Positions 57,171 to 64,000 of a stretch of 64,000 bases of DNA are shown here, piece by piece. Numbering within the stretch: position 1 is the first letter of the stretch; each line of letters begins with the position of its first letter. The position numbers and the translations under genes were made by a program. Source of the DNA: a candidate division WOR-3 bacterium (GTDB lineage: Bacteria > Hydrothermota > Tepidihabitantia > SM23-42 > CAYGYG01); assembly GCA_965648915.1 (NCBI GenBank), contig CBFGIV010000008.1, positions 1 to 64,000 of the forward strand, written 5' to 3'. The notes under the pieces were generated by a model. It ran no database searches, was not told the origin of the DNA, and saw only the letters and a list, made by a program, of their open reading frames with translations.

Positions 57171-58226
57171 ATGATGAGAAAGATTGTGATCTGTCTATCT
57201 ATGATGTTCTGCCTCTTTGCCCAGGAAGTAACGCATATTGTTAAACAGGGCGATACCCTCTGGGATATTGCCGGATTCTATTATCAGAATCCCTTTCTCT
57301 GGCCTTATATCTGGAGGGCCAATCTTGACAAGATCAGCGATCCCCACTGGATCTATCCCGAACAGGTTTTTGTAATTCCACCTGCACCCGAATCCCTCTT
57401 AGCGGTCCCGGCCGAGTCGATCCCGATTGTTCCGCCTGAGACCGTTGTTCTCAAACCCGAAGAGGAGTCGCTTCCGCCTGAGACCGTATACTATGCACCA
57501 CCCCCAAGGAAAGAAGAGATCGTTGTCTCTCTGGTTGAGCCCGAAAAGAAGGTCTTTTCTGAAGATTTGATACACCGGGTCGGATATCTCTCCGAAGAGG
57601 AGATTGTCCCATTTGGCAAGATCATCAAGAGCGAACCCGAACATAAACAGATTACGAATTTTATGAAGGTCTACATCGATCACGGTACCAATCCGGCCAG
57701 TCCGGGTGAATTGTATTCAATCTATCGGGTGGGCGATGGTGTGAACGACCCGAAGACCGGACGCTTTTTAGGCAGGGTAATTGAGATCCTCGGCAAGTTG
57801 AAGATTGAAGAGGTCAGAGAAGGTTCAACCGGTCAGGTATTGGTTTCCCATGATATCATAAACCCTGGAGAACTTCTGATGCCCTATCCGAAATTCGAAA
57901 TCCCGGTGAATGTTACCCTCAAACCCACCGAGCGTCTCCTTGAAGGCCAGATTGCCTATGTCCTGAGCAAGGCAAAGGTGACGACCGAAAATTATGCGAT
58001 TGTCTATATAAATCTTGGTTCGAATCACGATGTTACCGCGGGCGACCTTTTCCGGATCTATGAGGAGAAGACCTATGGTGGCCGGATCCTGCCCGACTTG
58101 ATTGTCGGCGAGATTGCTGTGGTCAGTACCCGTCCAAACTCTTCGGCCGGGATTGTGACCTGGCGCCGGCGCACGCACAAGGTTAATGTCGGCGATAAAA
58201 TCCGCCTCTATATGGAAGCCCACTGA
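57171..58226 (+). CDS. secreted LysM-domain protein with Pro-rich linker and tandem C-terminal repeat domains
   Basis: Signal peptide; LysM (VKQGDTLWDIAGFYY...); PPAPE/PPET linker; two similar ~60-aa C-terminal modules. Confidence 0.6.
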   Translation: MMRKIVICLSMMFCLFAQEVTHIVKQGDTLWDIAGFYYQNPFLWPYIWRANLDKISDPHWIYPEQVFVIPPAPESLLAVPAESIPIVPPETVVLKPEEESLPPETVYYAPPPRKEEIVVSLVEPEKKVFSEDLIHRVGYLSEEEIVPFGKIIKSEPEHKQITNFMKVYIDHGTNPASPGELYSIYRVGDGVNDPKTGRFLGRVIEILGKLKIEEVREGSTGQVLVSHDIINPGELLMPYPKFEIPVNVTLKPTERLLEGQIAYVLSKAKVTTENYAIVYINLGSNHDVTAGDLFRIYEEKTYGGRILPDLIVGEIAVVSTRPNSSAGIVTWRRRTHKVNVGDKIRLYMEAH

Positions 58227-58693
58227 TGCAGCAGCAGGAACTATTTAAGGGGATCTATCTCTTTCGGGAACTCTCACCTAAGGAGACCGATCTTATTATA
58301 TCGATCTCTAAAGAGAAGGTCTATGATAAGGATCAGGTGATCTTTAAGGAGGGCGAAAAGGGTGACGCCTTTTATGTCGTGGTCTCGGGATCGGTTCGGA
58401 TCTCAACCATTGTCCCGGGCGTCGGGGAAGAGGCACTTACGGTCTTAAGAAGTGGTGAATATTTTGGTGAGATGGCGCTGATCGACGATGCCCCCCGGTC
58501 GGCCAATGCGATTGCCAATGAAGACCATACGATCCTGATTTCGATTGCCAAAGATGATTTTCAAAATCTGCTGGCGCGGAATACTGATCTCGCCTACAAA
58601 CTGCTCTGGGTCTTCACCCGCACCCTCTGTAATCGTCTGCGTAAGACCGATGAACAACTGAAGAGTATCTTCGCTATCGCCAAAAATTTTTAG
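58226..58693 (+). CDS. stand-alone cyclic-nucleotide-binding (cNMP/Crp-type) domain protein, no HTH
   Basis: FGEMALID...RSA..A cNMP-binding signature; 155 aa; TGATG overlap with the upstream gene. Confidence 0.7.
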   Translation: MQQQELFKGIYLFRELSPKETDLIISISKEKVYDKDQVIFKEGEKGDAFYVVVSGSVRISTIVPGVGEEALTVLRSGEYFGEMALIDDAPRSANAIANEDHTILISIAKDDFQNLLARNTDLAYKLLWVFTRTLCNRLRKTDEQLKSIFAIAKNF

Positions 58694-58699
58694 TCTTCT

Positions 58700-59029
58700 A
58701 TGACTGAATTCTTCTTCCTCCTCCTCTTTCTTGCGATTCTAATTGAACGGGTAACCGAGAAGATTCTCTACCTCTTTCCCCGGGGTCGGCGTCTCGCTTC
58801 CTGGATTGTATCGATCGGCCTCTCGCTTGCTGTAACTCTCTTCTTCAGGATTGGACTCCTGGAATTGATGGGTTTTACGGCTCAAGGTCGGTCACCACAG
58901 ATCCTTGATCGAATCCTGACCGGAATCTTGATTGCATCGGGTTCGGAGCCGATCCATTCCCTCTTTAAGGTTCTCGATTACAAGAAAGAAGAGATTAAAC
59001 GTAAGGCAAAGATTTTAAAGGATGCTTGA
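58700..59029 (+). CDS. small membrane protein (about 3 TM), hypothetical
   Basis: Hydrophobic segments; translationally coupled to its neighbours. Confidence 0.45.
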   Translation: MTEFFFLLLFLAILIERVTEKILYLFPRGRRLASWIVSIGLSLAVTLFFRIGLLELMGFTAQGRSPQILDRILTGILIASGSEPIHSLFKVLDYKKEEIKRKAKILKDA

Positions 59030-62000
59030 ATTCTTTTCCAGTCGCGATCGAGAAAAGATTCTTGAAAAGGCACAGAAACTCAAGAATGAAGGCAAACTTG
59101 ACCAGGCAATAAAGATTCTCGAAAGTTCGGTCTCGGATGCCCTGGAGGATTTCGATCTCTATGTTGAACTGGCACGGGACTACTTCGAGTCCGGTCGACG
59201 GATCGACGCCGTGGCAAGTTTGCGCAAGGCACTGGCCATCGATGGCCAGCGGGCCGATGAGGTGGTTGGTGTCCTCTCCGATCTCCACTATCGGGGTTCA
59301 GCGCCGATTGAGACTGGAGATGCTCTACTTGAGATTTATACCTCCCGAAGAGATTTTGAAGAGATCGAACGCACCCTCAAATCCCTCGTCCCGCGTGACC
59401 TGCAACTGCTTGATGTCCGCTATGCCAAGATTTACGAGAATACCTTCAAGAATAAATCACCCAAAGATTATACCACCCGGGAATTGAACATCCTGATTCA
59501 GCTCGCCAGTGTCAATATCTTCCTGGGTCGGATCGAACGGGCAATGGAACTGGCGGAGAAATTTTTTGAGGTCCCGGATCGAGAATTCTCGGTCATTGAG
59601 AAATGGGCACGGAGTGTGGGCCGGTGGCGGTGGGGCAAACCCGAACCCCAGTTCTACCTGATGCGTCTCTACCTTGCCTTTCACCGTTACGAAGAGGCTT
59701 TACAGGCGGCGCAACGGACGATTGAATTTGATAAAACCTATAACTTACGCATCCACGAGGAGTTTTCCCGGGTCACCCTGCCTGCCAATATCCAGGTTGA
59801 ATTTCTCCAGTTTCTCTCTTCGCTCGAGGTTGGAGTCAAGGATATCGACAATGCCATTGGCAATCTCAATCGTCTCCTCAATTTAGACCCGGGCCGGATC
59901 GAGGATGTGATCCGGGGTTTCCGTGAACTTCTGCGTATTGCCCCGAAAGAGACCAAGGTCCTCTTCGCCCTGGGCGATGCCTATCTCCACGCCCATCGTG
60001 CGAGTCTGGCCGTGGAGGAGTATGCCAAGGTCATCGATATCGACCCCGGTAAGATCGATGAGGTGCTCAAACGCTATCATCTGGTCTTAAAGAGCGATCC
60101 CACCAACCCCCAGGTAATTTCCGCCTTAGTTGAAGGCTACCTGCGCAAGGGCGATACCCAGCACGCCACCGAGGTTATTGAAGAGTCATTCAAGACTGAT
60201 CCCGGTCTGGTCGATGAATATCTCCTGAACTTGAATACGATTCTCGAAAAAGATATAAACAATCTCCGGGCGCTCAATCTCCTCGGTCTGGTCTATCTCA
60301 AGAAGGGTGAAATTGACAATGCGGTTCTGATCTTTGAGAATCTTGCCGAGCGGGGTGGAGAGGGCCAGAGCCTGGCCGAAGCGGGAGTCCGGGCGATTCT
60401 CAACAGTGCGCCTGATAACCTGCAGGCAATCAAGATCATTATCGATATTCTCCGACAGCAGAAGCGCATTGCCGAGGCCCTTTCGCTGATTGCCAGCCGG
60501 GTTAAGGCTGAACCAAAGACGGCGCTCGAACTTCTGCCCAAGGTCGATGAATTGATCAAGACGGATAAGAGCCTGGTCAGTTCGGGTCGTGCCATTTACC
60601 AGGAATTCAAGGGTGAGGATGAATTTCTGATTCAACTGGTTATTGGCCGAAGTTATGCCTATGAGAAGAACTATACCCGGGCCATCGAGTCCTTCCAGAA
60701 GTGTCTCGAAATCGATCCGGGTCGCAGTGAACTTTTAAAGAAAGGGATTGTCGAGATTATCCAGGATGACTCCGGAGCAGTCCCGCTGATGGTCTATGTC
60801 GCCCGGCTCTATCTCCGGGATGGTAATATTGAAGCCAGTGCCCGCTTCTTCCGGGCTGCCCAGATGGTCGATCCTTCAATCTTTTCCGAGATTATCGACG
60901 ATTTTTACGATATCGTCAAGGCCCACCCCGAAGATGTAATGCTCAGGCGTCTCCTCGTTGACAGCCTTTTCAATAAAGGGCTTTATGACCGAACCATTGA
61001 AGAGTGTCGTATAACGGTCGAGGCGGTAAACCCTAAGGATGGCGCCTATTTTAATCTCCGGCAGGCCCAGGCCCTGGTTGCCAAAGGTCGGCTGACCGAT
61101 GCGGTTCGACCCTTTATGCTCGCCCAGGAGAATAATCCTGAATTTACCGGCGAGGTGATTGCTGGCCTCGAGAAGATTCTCGCCATCGACAAGAATAATA
61201 TCCCGGCCCATTTTGCCTTGGGCCGGGCCTATGGTGCTGCTCGGAAGGTGAATCAGGCAGTTGAAGAGTTACTCCATACCGCGCGGATTGTTCCCACCCG
61301 GATCAACTATGTGATGGAAGAGTTGAAGCGGCTTGAGGAACTGGCACCGGCCAATGCCCTGGTCCATTTTGCGCGCGCCCTTTTACTTCTCGATCAGAAG
61401 AACTACAGCGAGGGGATCAGTGAGATTGACCAGGCCCGGGAGATGGATAAGAGTCTGCTCGATCGCATCTTACCGATTTATAACCGACTCGAGGCCGAAG
61501 CACCTTCACCCGAACTTTTTCTTAATCAGGCAAAGGCCTTTACGGACAAAGGTCTTTATGAGCCCGCGGTTGACTATTTCCGGAAGGCATTTGAAGGTGA
61601 CCCCAAACTTCTCGAGCAGATCATCAGCGGACTGAAGACGATCTGCAGTCTTCAGCCGCAGAATCCTGAGGCCCGTCGCCTGCTGGCGCGCATCTACTTC
61701 GAATATAATGCCCTGGATGATGCGGTGTCGGTTGCCCGGGAGATGTATGGCGTCAGTCCGGCCTATCGCACCTGGACGATTGAGTTTACCGATGAGATTC
61801 TGGATAAGAACCCGAAACATATTCAGACTTACTATTTTCGCGCCGAACTCTGTTTCGATGAAGGTAAATTTAAAGAAGGGATCGAGGCCCTGGGCCGGCT
61901 GAAGGATTTTGCTCCACATGAAATCTTAACGATAATCAACTTTGTTGAATCAGAATTAAAAGAGGAGCAGTTTGTGCCCGAGATCCTGCTCTTCCTGGCC

Positions 62001-62801
62001 GACCGATATATAGAGATTGCCCAGGAGGCGAAGGCACTTACATACCTGTCCCGACTCTTTAACACCGACCCTTCCTTTGCCGATGCGGTCTTATTTCGTC
62101 TCAAGAATATGCTTAAACGGAGACCGGATATTATGGGTGCCTATTTCCTGATGGCCGATATCCTGAGTGCCCAGAATGATTTCCAGCGTGCCCGGGAGGC
62201 ACTGGAATTTGGTGAACGGTATGCTACTGAGATCAATGACAAGGTGGAATTGAGATTGCGGCTGGCCAATCTCTTAAATAATCTGGGTGATATGGCTGGT
62301 GTCAGTAATGCACTGATCAAGGCCCTGCGGATCTCTCCTAATAAAAGTTCTGTCTATCGAACCATCCAGACCCTGCACGAGCGGAGCCTGAACAACCGTC
62401 TTGAGGTTCTTAAGCACCAGACTACTGAGGAGAGTCGGCTGGAGATGGCTCGAGTCTATCTCGGTCTGAAACAGTATGATGAGGCAGAGAAGGCTCTCTC
62501 TTTCATCCCTTCAGACCCGGAGACAAAGAGAAAGCAGGCACTCTTGAGGGCACGGATCTTATTGACCCGCAATCGGGCCCTGGATGCGCTTGAATTACTC
62601 AAGCCGTATAAAGATGATGAGCGTATTACCCTGACCCTGGTTGAGGTCTATGAAACAGTTGGTAATTATGCGGCGGCGATCGGTTTGCTTAAGGAACTAA
62701 GCCGGGAAGAATTCAAGAATCGGATACAAATCGATGAAGTGAAATTGGTTGAGAGATTTTTAACCGGAAAGAGATCCATCTTAGAAGGGAGGCGACAATG
62801 A
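59022..62801 (+). CDS. giant cytoplasmic TPR-repeat protein (1259 aa)
   Basis: TPR-like helical repeats throughout; no signal peptide. Confidence 0.6.
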   Translation: MLEFFSSRDREKILEKAQKLKNEGKLDQAIKILESSVSDALEDFDLYVELARDYFESGRRIDAVASLRKALAIDGQRADEVVGVLSDLHYRGSAPIETGDALLEIYTSRRDFEEIERTLKSLVPRDLQLLDVRYAKIYENTFKNKSPKDYTTRELNILIQLASVNIFLGRIERAMELAEKFFEVPDREFSVIEKWARSVGRWRWGKPEPQFYLMRLYLAFHRYEEALQAAQRTIEFDKTYNLRIHEEFSRVTLPANIQVEFLQFLSSLEVGVKDIDNAIGNLNRLLNLDPGRIEDVIRGFRELLRIAPKETKVLFALGDAYLHAHRASLAVEEYAKVIDIDPGKIDEVLKRYHLVLKSDPTNPQVISALVEGYLRKGDTQHATEVIEESFKTDPGLVDEYLLNLNTILEKDINNLRALNLLGLVYLKKGEIDNAVLIFENLAERGGEGQSLAEAGVRAILNSAPDNLQAIKIIIDILRQQKRIAEALSLIASRVKAEPKTALELLPKVDELIKTDKSLVSSGRAIYQEFKGEDEFLIQLVIGRSYAYEKNYTRAIESFQKCLEIDPGRSELLKKGIVEIIQDDSGAVPLMVYVARLYLRDGNIEASARFFRAAQMVDPSIFSEIIDDFYDIVKAHPEDVMLRRLLVDSLFNKGLYDRTIEECRITVEAVNPKDGAYFNLRQAQALVAKGRLTDAVRPFMLAQENNPEFTGEVIAGLEKILAIDKNNIPAHFALGRAYGAARKVNQAVEELLHTARIVPTRINYVMEELKRLEELAPANALVHFARALLLLDQKNYSEGISEIDQAREMDKSLLDRILPIYNRLEAEAPSPELFLNQAKAFTDKGLYEPAVDYFRKAFEGDPKLLEQIISGLKTICSLQPQNPEARRLLARIYFEYNALDDAVSVAREMYGVSPAYRTWTIEFTDEILDKNPKHIQTYYFRAELCFDEGKFKEGIEALGRLKDFAPHEILTIINFVESELKEEQFVPEILLFLADRYIEIAQEAKALTYLSRLFNTDPSFADAVLFRLKNMLKRRPDIMGAYFLMADILSAQNDFQRAREALEFGERYATEINDKVELRLRLANLLNNLGDMAGVSNALIKALRISPNKSSVYRTIQTLHERSLNNRLEVLKHQTTEESRLEMARVYLGLKQYDEAEKALSFIPSDPETKRKQALLRARILLTRNRALDALELLKPYKDDERITLTLVEVYETVGNYAAAIGLLKELSREEFKNRIQIDEVKLVERFLTGKRSILEGRRQ

Positions 62802-64000
62802 AGTGCCCCTTTATCACTATTGTCTTTAAGCGGATTTCACCAAAAGTTGATGAGAACAATCGGGTGGTAGGTGAAGAGACGGCCGAGACGGTCGAACGGG
62901 CCGAATGCTTAAAAGATGAATGTATGATCTATGACAAGGCCAATGCCACCTGTTCTTTATTCAGTTCAAGTCAGAGAGTGGGAATGCTTTTGTCTGAGTT
63001 AAAGAAGAACAATGCCGAGGTCGGTAAATTGCTTTTTGAGCGGACCGAAACGATCGGCGTTATATTTTCAACAAATTTCCAGACCCTCCAGGATGCGGTC
63101 CTGGCTAAACTCGACCTGATTCGTAAGAGTAATGAGATAACCATAATGGGTATCGACCGCACAACCGGTAGTCTGGAGAAGTTAATCGAGGCCTTAGAAA
63201 AATTGCAGACACCGATGCAGGCATCGGTCGAGACCGGCCCTTCTCTGGAAAGGTTGCTTACCACAATCAATAATGATATGAAGAACAGTCTGGCCGCAGT
63301 CTCTTCGGATGTCAAGACCCTTGTCCTCGCGGCGGTTAATGACCTGAAGAATGGACTGGTTGAAATTCAGAGAAATTTTGAAAAAGGCATCGCACCGCTG
63401 GCTGGAGTTCTGACTCAACTCCAGAGCACCGGTGAAGTCTTTGTTCAGTTCTCAAATAATGCAATGACGGTGCTCAATGATGTTGCCCATGGTCTGGATC
63501 TACTCGACACCCACACGACCAATATCGTTAAAGAGATCGGATCGAGTATCAATGAGGGATTTAAGCAAGAGGCCGCTTCTCTGCTCCAGGAACTGAACAG
63601 TGGTCGACAGGTAAGTGAATCGCTGGTCCAGATGTCGACCAATACCATCAACACCCTTAATGATTTAAATCGGACGCTGGCCCAGATCGATCAGCACCTT
63701 GACGAGAAATTTACCCAAATGGCCACAAACCTCGATACCGGATTTAAGAGTTTGAGCAGTGACTTCGCTGAATCCACCAAGCGGGAACTCGCTCCCTTGA
63801 TCCAGGAGATGGGTATGAGCCGGGCTGCGGGTGAGCAGACGGTGCAGACCCTCAATTCCGCGGTCAGCAGCCTGGTCGATATCTTTAAGGCAATCGCCCT
63901 GCTCAATGAGAACCTGGGTCAACTCCTGAAAGAGGTCAATGCCGGGCTTACATCGACCCGCGAACATATCCAGGTGCTGGCCGGTAAATTTGATGAGATT
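62798..64000 (+). CDS. coiled-coil protein with N-terminal Cys cluster (3'-truncated by window edge; absent from the ORF track because it has no stop)
   Basis: ATG at 62798 overlaps the TPR stop (ATGA). The frame stays open to the window end (401 codons). N-terminus MKCPF...ECLKDEC...C then heptad-rich helical sequence. Confidence 0.55.
   Translation, partial: MKCPFITIVFKRISPKVDENNRVVGEETAETVERAECLKDECMIYDKANATCSLFSSSQRVGMLLSELKKNNAEVGKLLFERTETIGVIFSTNFQTLQDAVLAKLDLIRKSNEITIMGIDRTTGSLEKLIEALEKLQTPMQASVETGPSLERLLTTINNDMKNSLAAVSSDVKTLVLAAVNDLKNGLVEIQRNFEKGIAPLAGVLTQLQSTGEVFVQFSNNAMTVLNDVAHGLDLLDTHTTNIVKEIGSSINEGFKQEAASLLQELNSGRQVSESLVQMSTNTINTLNDLNRTLAQIDQHLDEKFTQMATNLDTGFKSLSSDFAESTKRELAPLIQEMGMSRAAGEQTVQTLNSAVSSLVDIFKAIALLNENLGQLLKEVNAGLTSTREHIQVLAGKFDEI

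Noticed and set aside
58015-58030. T-loop-like GGTTCGAATC strings as possible additional tRNAs
   Set aside because: They sit inside coding sequence with no flanking acceptor, D or anticodon stems. Only the element at 1418-1491 folds into a cloverleaf.
1-64000. CRISPR arrays, rRNA genes, intact IS elements or phage genes
   Set aside because: No regularly spaced direct repeats, no rRNA-like conserved stretches, and no integrase, transposase (other than the degenerate RAYT), capsid or terminase-like ORFs were seen.

Overview
This is about 64 kb of bacterial chromosome at roughly 48% GC, densely coding with many 4-nt ATGA/TGATG overlaps. Strong GGAGG Shine-Dalgarno sites are mixed with several apparently leaderless genes. 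A recurring promoter of the form aTTGACAAATTT-16/17-TATAAT precedes many genes.

The gene content suggests an anaerobic, T9SS-bearing (FCB-superphylum-like) organism. It has two proteins with T9SS C-terminal sorting domains and a PorV/PorQ-like outer-membrane protein. It also has an archaemetzincin, an archaeal-type LeuC, and an Hrb-FprA-rubrerythrin O2/NO-detoxification set.

Most of the window is housekeeping:
- tRNA-Arg(UCG) sits directly upstream of an M50/CBS protease.
- A ~10-kb plus-strand run reads band-7 -> archaemetzincin -> class-V aminotransferase -> MEDS-like GGDEF -> clpC -> bamA -> soluble MCP -> thiL.
- A minus-strand run reads dapF, pgsA-like, recN, nadK, prmC.
- Other sets are leuCD-like plus icd; ispD/dxr/rseP; trxB; rpsO-pnp-M16-PPIase; ileS-dksA-like-lspA-serS; and alr divergent from dppA.

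The less ordinary content is:
1. A four-gene DUF2089 / PspC-LiaI-like mini-TM / DUF4097(YvlB-like) / mini-TM module behind an AT-rich leaderless promoter.
2. A 164-nt intergenic element with a perfect consensus promoter feeding straight into an intrinsic terminator, plus GC-rich hairpins.
3. An internally deleted RAYT/IS200-like transposase remnant.
4. T9SS cargo genes with duplicated novel domains and a structured 5' leader.
5. A tightly overlapping LysM / cNMP-binding / membrane / 1259-aa TPR / coiled-coil operon of unknown function at the 3' end of the window.

No CRISPR array, rRNA or intact mobile element is visible.
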